NCBI GenBank assembly: GCA_002189035.1
Contig: NEEC01000021.1
Span: forward strand, 1,652,416-1,716,415
DNA from: Utricularia gibba
Taxonomy: Eukaryota; Plantae; Magnoliophyta
Length of the DNA stretch: 64,000 nucleotides
Direction: 5' to 3'
The position numbers and the translations under genes are program-made. This document shows positions 1 to 13,394 of the stretch, one piece after another. How positions within the stretch are numbered: position 1 is the first letter of the stretch; every line of letters begins with the position of its first letter. The notes beneath the pieces are model-generated. The model was not told the DNA's origin and made no database searches. It saw only the letters and a list, made by a program, of their open reading frames with translations.

Positions 1-126
1 TCAATTCTTATTAGAAATATGAAGTGAGCGAGAATTGCGCTTCATTGGTTAAACGCAATCACCAACAATCTTACTCGCCCATCCAAACAATGAAAAGAAA
101 AAAAAAAAAAAAACAACCCTACTTAC

Positions 127-432
127 TCTTTCGATCGTTGATTCGGTGCGTTGTACCAAACGCATAAAAGAGCTACTGCCATTCGGATTTTCCAAGGCGT
201 GATTGTAAGACACGTCGATTGAGCTGACAGATGACCCCTTTGCTGAAACTGTAAAATTTTCACCTTTTGTGGGACCTTTAGATTCTTGGGATGATGTTGA
301 AGGAGAATGAGGCGAAGAAGAAGAAGCACTTAAAGATACAGTCAAAGGCAAAAACTTTCTGGGTATTCTTTGTGAAGACGCGTAGAGGCAGAGGCAATTT
401 GCCGGAACAGGGGAAGAGAAAATGGCCATCAT
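127..432 (-). CDS. UPF0114-family plastid-targeted protein, first coding exon (gene continues beyond window start)
   Basis: The ATG at 432 opens a Ser-rich transit-peptide-like N-terminus ending ...RTESTIER, followed by a GTAAGT donor at 126-121. The 'ESTIER' stretch resembles the start of plant UPF0114 proteins as I recall them. Confidence 0.65.
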
Positions 433-1344
433 GTTAACGAAACCTCGAAAGCCAAACTCCTGTTGTGAGGAAAAAGAGGAATATTCTCAGCTTATATTTC
501 TTCATCAACCCATTTCTCCAACGGCGTCGGCTGCGAGCAAGTGGGCTTAAACCAACGGTTCCTCAAGCTTCCTGTCACTTCAAACAGAAAACATTGGCCA
601 CTCAAGTTGCAGCATTAAATTCTTTAATTTGATTCACAATACTCCATCCCGACCCCCAGTCCACACATATGGCTCTCACTGTGAATAGAGATGATAGGAT
701 AAGAGAGTTGTTAACTTGCAATCACCAAAGGCCTGAACATCTCTGAACTCAGTTTAAATAAAATTTACTACAGTAATACTGACACGTAATTCACCGAGCA
801 AAGAATTAGAGTAGCACCTCCGGGACAAAACATCATTCGAGTGAACTTCTTCTGGGAGGAGGAAGCCTGGTATGGACCGTGCATAGCAAGCTGAAGGTCA
901 ATCTTAGATACACCCATTGCGGCCCAACGGGGCAGATGGAAACAAACCCATGTGAATTCTAAACACATGGGATTATGAACTCCCAAAGATTGTTTTTTTT
1001 TTATTGTTTGTAGCAATTAGAAGGCCTCACCCCGTGTTTATGTCAACCATCAAAGCACATGATTGACACTGATGGTACGTGTGGTTGACTTTGAAGTTAG
1101 GAAATATGTGACCCTTTCATGCAACAAGTTATTGGTGTTTAAAGATACACCAACTCATCGAGATATGTTTTCCTTCTCATGTTTATGATCGTATTCTGAT
1201 GTTTAGTGGGGAACTAACTGCAAAGTGAATTGGAATTTGACTACCAAATGTCATGATTTTTCTCCTTAAAGGTGATAAATGTGTGGTTGAGTGTGGACTA
1301 GAACTGGAGTGGCAGAGATGAAATAAAAAAAGACTAGTATCCGT

Positions 1345-1354
1345 GACACGTGGC
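1345..1354. promoter_or_regulatory. Perfect G-box/ABRE (GACACGTGGC), with a GCC-box-like GCCGCCGCC about 35 bp downstream
   Basis: The motif is read directly from the sequence between UPF0114 and the AGO1 3' end. Function is not demonstrable from sequence. Confidence 0.4.
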
Positions 1355-2031
1355 GACGACCCAGTAATCCTCAACCACAAAGCCGCTCCGCCGCCGCCTT
1401 TTGTCTTTCCTCTTCTCGCTCATCTAATGATAATTTACTTTGCCATTGAAAAAAATCTCAGGGATTTGCTAATGGTACACATTCCCCTGCTATATATCTT
1501 CCACTGTTGTTCCCATTGCTTGTCCTTGTTCTGTTTCCTGGCCCCAAGTTTTTTTTTTGGCTTCGAATTTGAGGTTTTCGGCAATAACATATTGAAATGT
1601 GTTGGGTAGGAAGAACAAATGCTAAGGTTTTTCTTATCTGTTGAATTGATTTGGCATTTGCCCTTTTCTCCTTTCGGCTTTGGGCATTGGATGCGTTGCT
1701 AATGGGAAGATGATGCTCTCTTTGCCTGGGTGCATGCTTCCGACCCCGGCAGCTGCTTTGCTCGGCGGCTGAAGAACGAACAATGGATGGAGTAGGTACT
1801 CAGCAAGATGTACTACGGATCACTTTTCTCCCTGCAATTTTTTCAACTTCTCCTAACAGCATACGCATGAGATAAAACATTCGATGATCGCAAACAGATA
1901 ACGATGTGTTGTTGAACATTCGTCCAGGTAACGAGGGTCTCGCACAATGCAGCCCGAATCACCACCGTGCATGGTTCGGTTCATAGCAGATGTTCATAGC
2001 TGCTGCTGCCGCTGCATCCAAGTCCCTCAAC

Positions 2032-5000
2032 TCAGCAATAGAACATTACCCTCTTAACGTTTTCTCGCAGCGGAGGCAGGGCTCTCACAGCAGCGCCACT
2101 GGAGCCTGCGCCTCTTGTGCTTCGTGAACCACCAACACTACTGCCACCACGACCTGCGGCAGCACTAGACATGGAGCCACTTTCCGAGGGTTCAGGCTCC
2201 ATGTAGAACCGAGCACGGAATGCAGCAAGGTGGGCGTAGTATGCAGGAGGCACTGCAAACCACAACCACAAAGATTTCAAATAAACGAATAGATACAAGA
2301 GGCGCGCCAATGGTCAATAAGACAATAACTACATACCAATGGAAACGGAGCGCGTACACCTTGCATAGCTGTAAAGCAAAAAACAACGGATTATTGAGAA
2401 TGACGACAACGATTATGCAGTGTATTCACGAGCAGATCTCACGTGTAACACAGGTTGTTCGTTAAAGTCTGCAGAGCATCGGCTGTAAACTTGTTTTCAT
2501 CCCACAAGACATGATAATGTGCAGGGCGACTAGTACCCTGTAATTACAAGTGTGAGACGGTCTTGTGCCAAAAAATTATAATACTTGAGAAATCGAATAG
2601 ATAACTACCTGTATGCCAGCATGGCTGCACAGGTAGAAATCAAATTCAGTAGGATGACAGATCTTTGAATCCACGACAGTGCCTGCAGCAAGATTACAAA
2701 TGCCATAAATATGCCACTAGTCACTGGATTTGCATTAATAAAACAAGAATAGCCTGCTGAAATATACCAGGTAGAATATTTCCACTTTTATCAACTGAAC
2801 GTTTGTCATTGTGATTGTTTGCAAACAAGCGAGTATGGTGCCGCTTCTGGACTACAACAAATGTAACAGTAGGCTGGTAATTTGATTCCAGGGATGCACA
2901 TGCCTGAGATTGGGTAAGTCCAAAATCACTCAAATGAAGTCATTTACATACAAGTCACACTCAAAGAAGCACAAAAAAAGTTACCTTGCGTATAGCATCA
3001 AGTTCATAAAGTAAAACTTGATAAAACTGCCCTTCACTAACACCATCCCTGAGAAAAGAACACAACAAAGAAAAAGTAATGTTATCAGCAACAGACATGC
3101 CCATATTCCAGCCGTCGTGATGCTGAACTCAGAAGTGCCAAATTTATCACCGATAAAATATAATTCTTTGAGGTTTCTGCCCAGTTGCTTTACGGAAGGA
3201 TATAAGCAGCTCCCTGCCAATTCGAAAAAATACAATACTTCAAATTACAGCATGTCACCATGCGAAACAAACAAAATAAACACTGTAAATTGCTTGAAAA
3301 TTAAACCCCACTTTATCATGCCACCATGCATTGTCCCCTTGACAGGATCTTGCCATGTTTTGTACAAGTCTTTTATGAGCTCTTGCCTATGTGCCTGGGC
3401 TGATACTAAACCAGCGTATTTTGTGACCTCAGGCCAATCTTGAGATGCAACCACCTTAACAAGGAAACAAAACTGGACTATAAGAAAAAAAAACTCAAAA
3501 AACTGCAAAATTTAAGAAAAAAAAACGCAACATATCAACATACTGCTGCAATCGATGGGCTAGCGTCCTCCCCAGGATGCGGGTGTGTAACATCAGCACC
3601 AAAAATGATAGTTGGCCGTTCACTGACAATAGGTATGCACCGTGAAATTGCATCACGAAGCACTGTGTTCCTTCCTCCAACCTTCACATTAATCTTCAAT
3701 GACACATTGGCAAGGTACTGCTTGTTCAGCTTGAAAACGTGTTTCTGCAGACAACATTGTGAAACAATGCCGAGTTCTGTTTCACAAATACGCTTCAAAT
3801 CACCTGAGGATATCAGAAGAGTTAAAACAAATAGCTTCACAAAATTGCGATTGATAAAATATGCATACCATATAGAGATCCATTGTTGTCTGGAAGCAGT
3901 ACAATTAGCAAGTCGAGCTCCTTCCTATCAGGTGGCAACCTTTGCATTGCATCATGGTATCTTGCCTTGAGAACTTTCTCAAGTTGATCCGGTTTTGCAG
4001 AGATAACAGGCACGATAGGATCAGGATTAAACTCCTGCAAGAAAACACAATCTTTTCACCCCCGAAGGTATAAAAAACCAGACACAAATTTACTTACCAT
4101 TCCAGATGTAATGCACATTTGGACAAGTTCACGGCAGAAATTGCAAGCAGCAATGTTTTGTATACTCCTTGCAAAGTTAATGCAAGTCCAAGAGCTTACT
4201 GTGCCACCATTTACCACCCGCTACATCATATCACGCACAAAAAAATAATATCAAACGTAACATTCATAGAAAGCGCTTAACCGATGCAATAAAAAACTAC
4301 CTTGTTCATCATATTCCACTGCCCCACGATTGGAAGACAGTCTTTTTCTCCACCAGAATCATGATATTTGAGCTGGAAAACACACTTTTAGGATTGAACA
4401 TAGAAATAAGATAGGACTGTAAAAAATCCAAAAAATGACTTCATACTTACCCAAGGAGGACGCAAAACGCGAGCTTCAACTTGGGCTAAATCCGGGCTAA
4501 TTTTTATTCCAAATTCCTTAGCATATTTGTCGTTCGCGTAACAATTGTGTTTTACAGTCTATTTGAAATTAGACAAGATTATCAGAATAATTCAATTATT
4601 TAGGGGCAACTACCATTCATATGCAAATAAAGGCAACTAACATTGTATATCTCCTCCTCCCTCTTTTCAGGCCGCTGGCAAGTGACCTTCAACAGGGCAG
4701 TGATCTGTTTTTCACTTAATCTCTTAGAGTATCGTTGACCTTGGACAATCTTGCACACCTGAATATCCCAGAGAAATAATATCAACATGAACACAATGCA
4801 CTTTTATCAGATGAGGAAGTAACACAAACCTCCATAGGCAAATAGTTGGGCCTCTGAGTGCTACCAACTTGAAGACATGGCCATTGTGTGTGCTGAATAA
4901 CAAAGCCATAAGTCTCACGGAAGTATTCAACCACAGACTTCATAGTTCCTCTTTCATCAACAGGAAATCTAAACAACAAAATCCATTCAGCGCCAACAGA

Positions 5001-6791
5001 CACAAGAAACTGGCTAAGAGTTAAGAAAAAGAAATATATTCAAAAGAGCACTGTTGCTAATGCATGTCAAAGAAGCACAACAGCAACAACTCTCATCAAA
5101 TCGCTCAAAGATATCTGATCAATACTTGAGAAGTATAATGAAAATAATTGCAAAACCATAACTAAATAAAAAAAAATGGGCGTTACGTTAATTCTCGTGT
5201 TGCTTGAGAAGTTAAACCAGAGATGCGGTACTTTCTCCGCATATTCCCCCGGTGAGTAACTTCAACTTTAATGCCTCTAAGAGCCTTTTTTATCTGAAAA
5301 ATAAAGGAGCAAAGAGTGTCATCAAATTTTGTTCAACAAAAACATTGAGAAGCACATACGGAAATTATCTCTCACCTTTACACGGTCGGCATCAGACAAA
5401 GGTCTGCCTGAGGCATCCCTATTCAGCAACTTTGCAACAAAATCAATCACTGGAAGTGACTCGATAAATGCGGTGGATGACATGTCTATCCAGGAAAATG
5501 GAAATGTTAGCTTGAAAAATCAACATTAGAACGTACTGGACACAATGAAAACTCACCAATATTCAAAGACAAGCCCATCTGTGTGGGTCGAATACTTTGG
5601 TAAAAACCACGCCAACTTTCGAGTCCGTCCCCTAAGGTCTGCTTTGTACCCAAGTAGGGGAATAAAAGGATCGGCCGACTGGACAATAATTGGGACTGAC
5701 ATGATCATGAAAAAATTTAATTTCAGGATTAGAAAATAGCTGGAACTAATATTCAACAAATACCTTTTGGTGGGGAGTTCACGTAAAACAATGTCCAGGA
5801 CCTGCAAAGCCTCCTGAGGTGCATCCGCTTGTCTTCCTTGTAAAAACATTGCCAAATGATGCAAGTCAGCACGCGCTGCGAACTTTATCACCACCTTGAA
5901 GTCCCTATCCCTCCTGTATTCAAGACTTGAATATGTGAATATCAGCATCTTGAGTTGCAACAAGACTAAGAAAAAGTGGTGTGTGTTTACTAAAAATCAC
6001 AAAAACCTCGCACTGCCTTGGCCATCATCTTCATCAACTAGGGTGATCTTGAACTCCTTTAAAACAAAAGGCAACGGACCTGCTGTATAAAGACTCTTCC
6101 TGCCATCATAAGCAGGAAGCCTTTCTCCCAAGTGAGATCCTTGGTACAGGTCCACCAACTGCTGAATGACAGCTCGATTCACCCCACGTGATGACACCTC
6201 AGGCGTAATTGTGACCTGAAAACCAATTATCAATTTTAATAGTATCAAAATACAAGGTCAAATGACGTGAAATAATGCTAAAGAGAAACACCTTACATCA
6301 TATTGATGAAAGTCCTTGTCAGGCAACTCAGCAAAGAAGTGGTTGGCCTTAACTATGCATCTTGTACCTCTGACACCTTTCCCTGGCCTCAATTGGAATC
6401 TCATAGACTTGCTTGATGCAGGTTGCATCTGTTGCTGCAGTTGAATTTGATGCATTGGATCCGATAACTCAACATCAGCAGGTCTTGGGTCATGAGAAGA
6501 ACTCGCTCCTCCATATGCCTGCTGCTCAACGGCAGACTGTGTAGCTTGGTGCAGGTCCGGAGCTGGTGGTCTAGATGACCCACCAGCAGCCTGATACTGT
6601 TGTGCAGGCCATCCACGGCCATCTCCACGGTACCCTCCCCGTGAAGGGCCCCGGCCTTGACCACCATATTGTGGCTGCTGGGACTGCTGCTGAAATGAAG
6701 GGGGCTGAACACCACCACGGCCACCACTAGCTCTCTGAGACTCGGATCCCTCACTGCTTCCAGCGTGGTCAGTTCTTTTCTTCCTCACCAT
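2032..6791 (-). CDS. AGO1: ARGONAUTE 1 (multi-exon; one apparent -1 indel at 5657-5660, probably a sequencing error)
   Basis: Exons translate to MVRKKRT, a Gly/Gln-rich N-terminus, [23 protein letters not shown] (YLPME), MID and PIWI. The catalytic residues are intact ([29 protein letters not shown]) and the C-terminus is RVMFYC*. A 5'UTR intron lies at 6802-7053. Confidence 0.97.
6542..6562 (-). promoter_or_regulatory. miR168 target site in AGO1 exon 1
   Basis: The mRNA reads CTCCGGACCTGCACCAAGCTA versus the perfect miR168 complement TTCCCGACCTGCACCAAGCGA (3 mismatches). It sits at the canonical LHQA position. Confidence 0.85.
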
Positions 6792-8295
6792 CGCTCCACG
6801 ACTAACAAAAACACTTCACATAGCCAATTCACACACGCTGTCTCTAAACAGGAAACGCCTAAACAGAGTACCAAAAAATATAGCATCTCCACGCCAACTC
6901 AAACACGACGTCACCAAAAAACCCTAAAGCATAACAATTGTCGGCATGGAAAACAGTACGCCATCAGGAAATCCGCGATTCAAGACCACGGACTTGAAAC
7001 CACGCACAGACACCAACACAAGAACACGAGCGAAGGAATGGAAGCCAAATTACCTCTCGTCCACTCTCTGTCAAAGCCCACAGCGTAATCACGAACTTGT
7101 ATACCAAGAAAAGGAGGGAAGGTATAGTTTTTATAGTACAAAGAATGCCACGGCGCGTGATACCATTCCGTGAAAAGACAACTCAGCCCCTTTCCCCTTT
7201 TAAAAGCACATTTTGTATTTTTGTTTCTTTGATATAAACAATTACTATTCTTCTTTTTAAATGGGAGGGAAAAACTCTGACATGGAACAAAAAGAGGGGC
7301 ACCTGCACCAATTAGGCAACAAACATGGGGCCTATGTGTAATAAATAACTTTAAAAAGTTCCATGCAGCGCATTCGCCTCAGGGCAGGCTGTTGAGGAGT
7401 ATTTAGGAATGTGAGAAGCTGATAATATGAATTTTTGCATTTGTGAGAAAGAAAAAGGGAGGTCGATCTCAACTTTCACCTCATGTGTTCTTCATCCACC
7501 AGATGCCCCCTGAAGTTGGAAGGCAACTTACTGACATTCCCCAGTGATTCTGCTTTTAAAGATGATAATTATGGAAAATAAGTGCTTTTTTGTTGGGTTG
7601 TCAAGTTTATCATGCCAACCCATCGAAATTTTGGGGCGTAAAGGAAGAGCGCTGTGACATGCGTGGTTTAGTGGATCATGCCTTTTTTTCCAAATCCCTT
7701 TGGTGTGACATTAAACACAGGGCAGGGAATTATGTCTGCTTGTGTGTTGTGTCTCATGCTTCCTTGTTTTTTTTTTCTCTCTACTTGTGTACCATCGTTT
7801 TGTTTGGCTTTCATCGCGGGGAAGTTCGGTATAGTATAGCCTCAGGAGTCCAGGCGCAGAGGACATCGCCACCATATCTCAGGTACCACCTTCTGCCATC
7901 AAAATTTGTTCTCCTGCCTCCGGAAGAAAATACCAAAATTTCTTTGATGTTGTGTGTACAAAAGAATGATGATGGAAGTGTTTCAGAAATGGAAGGTCCT
8001 TGCAGATGCAGCTGTTCATCAGCTTCTATTTAGTGGGGTGCCAGAGACTCAAGTTCAGAACAGAAAAAATGATATCAAATCATGCGATGGATTCTTGGAA
8101 TTTTCCAAAAAGAAAGCTTTAATAGTGAAGTCCTTATGACAATGCTCGAACACCAGTCGAGAGGGTGGAAGCTGAATCTTTTGAGTAGCATCATACATTG
8201 GCTGTTGGGAAATACACCAGCCAAGATCAATGCATCAGAAAGCAAAAAAAAAAAAGGATGAAGAGAGCTAAGTATAAGTGAGGACTCTTCCTCTT

Positions 8296-10123
8296 CTAGT
8301 TTATGAAATTAAGCTGAGAGACCTGTTCACCACACCACACATCATCTGTGATGAACTGCATCCACGATTCATCCTTATTTCCCTCTTCCTCCATGCTACA
8401 TACTGTTGTTGATGATGCCACTGGGAAGTCTAGCAACAGCGTTTCGTGCGTGTTCGAGTACACTGGCCCTTGCAAGTAGTTGAGAAACGACATGTTCCTG
8501 GAATGGCCTTGCTCTTCTACTTTCGAGCTCAAAACATTTTTCTTGAACACGCGGCACAATACACACGAATCCTGCAAAGAGGACACATGAACCGTGACAC
8601 CTACTTAGTTTCTTCGCCATTCTCCCACACAGGGAAAACAAAACAAAACAACAACAAAAAAGAAAAAAAAAACAAGGCATGTCTGTGGTATTGGCTTGTG
8701 GGAGAGGACTGCGAGGGAATAAAGTGAAAAGCTCGCCGACAGGGCACCTTCTTACGAAAAAGAAGGTGGGGTAGTGTCACTTTTGGAAATAAACAAAAAT
8801 AATTTCTTGTAAAGAGTCCATGATTCCTACTAGATCAGGAGAATATGATGAGCACCAAAGCAAAAGAGATGATGATTGGGGTGGGGTGCATAGTAAGACC
8901 AGGTTCAGTCTTGTGAAAGAATTGTACTTCTGTCTCAATCCCCGGTGAAAGACAAAGTGGCACCACATATATTCACTCAACAGGTCTGTATGTAATACCT
9001 CTGCAAGAAAAGAATCATGGACCTCCTCATTTTTCCTGTTTTATATGTCCTTACACACTGGTGAAAATGCGTATCACATTTACAAGCTTAAACTCAGTAA
9101 CATATAAGAATGGATGCCATGGAGATCATGATGAATGAAAGTAAAAAAAAAATAAAGTGTACAGGAACAGACATGTGGGCTTGTAGTTTAGAGCAGGAAA
9201 ACATGAGGGCATATGGATAAAAGCTAAGGCACAGTGTTCCTTTGTGCCAACACGTTGATGAGGGTGAAAAGAGATAGAAAAAATAGGAAAACAAATTGCT
9301 TTTCTTTCTCACTAAAAATTAGGGCCTCGAAATCAGCGCTCTTAAAGTCATAATCATGGAGAAACATAAAGAAAAAAAAAAGGGAAAGGAAGAGGGGGTG
9401 GATCAGAAGTACTGTGATGCAGACACAAGGTTTCTGTGTTTGGAGTCTTTCATGAAGGGAGTGTTCTACGCTTTTTCATCTGTTGAGTGATCGCTTAAAC
9501 AGTAGGCGCTACCTGGATTACGGACGTCTCTTCGGAGTCCTTGTCATTCAGACGATACTCATGCATCACCCAGTCGGTCCGTACTCCATGTGGCGCTCTT
9601 CCTCTGTAATACACAAGAGTTTTCTTCATGCCAATGGACCTGTTCTGGCTACTCACTCTCCTGTCCTTCCCTGTAGATTTCCAATACCCAGCTCGCGTGG
9701 CACGGTTCGTGCGGAACCCGTTTGGGTACTTCCGGTCCCTAGGCCCGAAAAAGTACCACTCTGGATCCCTACTAGGCAAGAAAGATTTCTCTTCAAGAAA
9801 AAAAAAGGAAGGAAGAAAATAAGTACATGGGAATCAGTTGATGAACTGCATTGATATTTGAATCCTTGATCTTGAAAAAAAATACATTGCATCACAGCTT
9901 ATACGGTTGGCATTTGCAATTCTTAGGAAGGAGGAGAAGAGAAGAAAGTAAATTTTCTCTACTCACCAGCCAAATCCCAAGGTTCACATTTGTAAAGATC
10001 AACTTCTGGTATGATATCAAGCTCAATTCCTAGGCCATGGATTTTCCTTCTGAGATAATAGTTCACCAGCTCTTCATCAGTGGGGTGGAATCTGAAACCG
10101 GGAGGTAGTCCGACCGGAGCCAT
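8296..10123 (-). CDS. NAC-domain transcription factor (ANAC057/NAC45/86-like), 3 exons: 10123-9967, 9790-9513, 8571-8296
   Basis: Exons read [68 protein letters not shown] and WVMHEYRL, then [10 protein letters not shown] and a C-terminal WMQFITDD. All junctions are GT-AG. Confidence 0.93.
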
Positions 10124-10827
10124 GATCACGAACGCCGTCTGCTGCGTTACTACTCACAACGGAAGAAACACAGCACAGCAACGCCAGAGTTGGGCCATTG
10201 ATCAAGAGTTGTACTTATACCGAAGGATCCAAAGTCCCATGTCTTTGAGTCCATTCACACTTTTTCACTTTTGTAGATTCTAAGAAACGTTTCCTGAAAG
10301 CCCTTGCCTCAATTTCTAACGAGATAACAGAAACAAAATCACCATTGCCTAAGCTTGCTGATGATCACTCAACAGAACTCTTCTTTCGCATATGTGCTCG
10401 CTTTATTCATTCTTGCCACTCAAAAAGACATTTGAAAACTTAAAACACTATTAGGGAGAGCGTTTGGCCAAGTTTGGTAGTTCCTGAACCTCCATGCAAG
10501 TTCGATCCTTCTGGCTGCTGGTGATCGCCAGTATGGTGACTCATACCTTCAACAAAACGACACATAGCATGTGCTGGGTTGAGTTTTCAGATCGTGATTT
10601 GAAGTTATGTATGAACAACTTGTTCATGTTCACGTTCAGTCGAGTTGCAATATCTAAAATATCCTCGTTGTTAAAGTGGTGGTGGTCACTGTCGGTTGCG
10701 TTGGAGAAAGCAATCCTCGAGTAGTTCTATATTTGCTTGATGATGAAACATTGATCACAGTTCAATTCTTTGCTCAACGATACGATTGAAATCCTGCTTC
10801 CAGAGTTTTGCTCAATCAAGAACGTAG

Positions 10828-12113
10828 ATGGGGTCTCTCTCGATTCCACTATGTAGCGTCGTGGAAGACAAGAAACCGTCAGAGCCGAAACTGGATCCTA
10901 CCCATTTGCTCGATCTCTTCAAATGTCAGCAGAAGTACATCAACTATTTCTTCCAGAATCTCGATCTCTCCCAGACGCTAATCTTCACGCAGACGCTGTT
11001 AGAAGCTAAAGGCACCATTTTTTTCTCCGGCGTGGGGAAATCCGGGTTTGTGGCCCAGAAAATTTCGCAGACACTCGTTTCCCTCGGGATCAAATCTGGG
11101 TTTTTATCCCTGTCGACGCACTTCATGGCGGTATCGGCATTTTGTCGGCCAAGGATTTGTTGGTTTTGTTCAGTAAGAGCGGCAACACGGAGGAACTGCT
11201 GAGGCTTGTACCCTGCGCCAAGGCGAAGGAAGTCTATTTGATTTCTGTGACTTCGGTTAAGCCGAATGGGTTGACGGGTGTTTGTGATCTGAATGTGCAT
11301 TTGCCGCTGGAACGTGAGCTTTGCCCTTTTGATCTTGCGCCGGTGACATCGACCGCGATTCAGATGGTTTTTGGAGATACAGTGGCGATTGCACTCATGG
11401 GGGCGAGGAACTTGAGCAAAGAAGAGTATGCAGGAAACCATCCTGCTGGGAGGATTGGTAGAAGTTTGATTTTCAAGGTCGGAGTTTTATCCTTTTACCT
11501 CTTTTGGGTGGAGATTTTTCTGAGGAAACATTGATCATACATGACATCATCAATGCATTTGGTGGACGTGACTTTCTAGAAAAGAAAGTCGCAGAAGCTT
11601 CCATCTGAGATCAAGACTTCCAGTTACTGCATTTCTGTTTTGGTCAAGTCCTTTTCTTATGACCTCAATCAACAGGTAAAGGATCTTATGAAGAAGGAAG
11701 AAGAGCTCCCCATCTGTAGGGAACATGATCTAATCATGGATCAGCTGGTGAACCTGACAAGCAAAGGCTGCGGATGTCTTCTTGTCGTAGACAGAGAGTA
11801 CCATTTGCTGGGCACGTTCACCGACGGAGATCTACGACGAACACTGAAGGCCAGCGGCGAGGCAATCTTCAAGCTGCAAGTTAGAGAAATGTGCAACAGG
11901 TATGCTGACTGAAGCAAATATCAATGATCCTTGAGCTAAAAGGGGATCGATTTCAGGAACCCGAGAACCATACACCCGGAGGCGATGGCGGTCGAAGCAA
12001 TGCAGAAGATGGAGTCTCCTCCATCACCGGTGCAGTTTCTGCCGGTCGTCAATGGTGACAACGTGGTGATTGGTATCATTACATTACACGGCTTGGTCTC
12101 TGCCGGACTCTAA
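10828..12113 (+). CDS. Arabinose-5-phosphate isomerase KdsD/SETH3-like (SIS + 2 CBS), 3 exons; apparent -1 indel at 11108-11110
   Basis: Motifs seen: [69 protein letters not shown] and C-terminal [10 protein letters not shown]. Adding one C at 11108-11110 restores ...FLSPVDALHG. Confidence 0.9.
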
Positions 12114-12435
12114 TCCCCCGTCGGAAAACTACATCTTTTTGTTACAGGGAGTGAAAGTATTTGACCTATCTCTTTCTGGCAGTCTACTCCAGAAACAGTG
12201 TGTTAGTTACATTACAGAAAAAGCCATTAAAGCAAAAATTTCCACATAAATCTTTCCGTGACTTGGAACAGAGCAGAATGAAACAACAAGAATCAATGAA
12301 CTTCATTCATACAATTGAGTGATGGATGGGTATACAGAACTCTAAACCAAACCTCACGAACACATTTCTATCAGCTTTCTTTGGAGGATTATGCAAAGAA
12401 TCAGTAGTAGGGAAAAAATGAGAATCTTGTATGTT

Positions 12436-13167
12436 CTAGTATTTCTTCTTGCGGTAAACAACTTCCGTATCCAACCCAAATCCATCTATTTCTCTTACCC
12501 CAACAAGCTCTGAACTTTTGAACAATTTCTTCAAAGGCTCCAAACTGTACAAGTCATTGGCCGAGTACTTATCCGCCCGCCGGGAGATCAGTACATGAAG
12601 AACGCATATGCCGCCGGGTTTCAGCGTCCGCTCGATCTCGCCAACAAACTTCCACGGATAAAGCGCGTGATCGAACACATTCGAGAACTCGAAATCGAAT
12701 GTCCCATCATCAAACGGCTGGTGATGAAAATCCCCCTTCAACACCAACGGCGGCGACGGCGCGAGATCGATCCCAACAGAATCCTGAACTCCCACCCGTT
12801 TCAGGGCCGCAACCTCCTGCCCGACCCGCGCACCTATGCAGAGTGATTTCGATTCGTTAAACAGGAGACGCCTCTGCTTCAAGCTCTCGAAGAATCGTGA
12901 AAAGACCTTAACTTTCCGATCCCAATCTCGGGTCTTCCACACATCGCGCAGCTTCGGGTTTAGGGTCTTGTTGAGCTGCCGCTGGATGTATGCGTCGTAG
13001 GACTGATATCCGGGCCGGATCTTGAGACCCGGAGGTAGTGATGGCGGCGAATGCGGCGGGTTTTTGAAGGAGAAGAGGGCGAATAAAGATACGCCGAAGA
13101 GGAAGAGGGCGAGGAACAAAGGCTTGAGGAAGCCATTGATGGGCAGTTTCTGAAGATCTGGAATCAT
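12436..13167 (-). CDS. Type II membrane SAM-dependent methyltransferase (Methyltransf_11-like), intronless
   Basis: The 243-aa ORF has an N-terminal TM segment and the motifs CIGARVGQEV, KGDFHHQPF, FDFEFSNVFDHALYP and EIERTLKPGG. Confidence 0.9.
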   Translation of the reverse strand: MIPDLQKLPINGFLKPLFLALFLFGVSLFALFSFKNPPHSPPSLPPGLKIRPGYQSYDAYIQRQLNKTLNPKLRDVWKTRDWDRKVKVFSRFFESLKQRRLLFNESKSLCIGARVGQEVAALKRVGVQDSVGIDLAPSPPLVLKGDFHHQPFDDGTFDFEFSNVFDHALYPWKFVGEIERTLKPGGICVLHVLISRRADKYSANDLYSLEPLKKLFKSSELVGVREIDGFGLDTEVVYRKKKY

Positions 13168-13394
13168 ATCTCCGCAACAACCCCACCCAGAAGCGGAAAG
13201 AAGAGTCCGATAAAGACACGAAATTTCTTTCAGAAGAGGCTAAGAATTTGTATTAGTGAATAATATAGGGCCTGAAATAAATTATTTTTCCGGTGTGAAA
13301 TTTGCAAAGTTTCCCATCACAATTTGTTATTCGTAAATTGGCCTCACAATCTAACGAAGCAAATGTTGCAGCAAAGGACTGTTACATCATCGTA

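Noticed and set aside
3670-3700. Possible intron loss in AGO1 at KINVK|VGGRN (contiguous here)
   Set aside because: It depends on my recollection of orthologous exon boundaries, which I cannot verify without an alignment.
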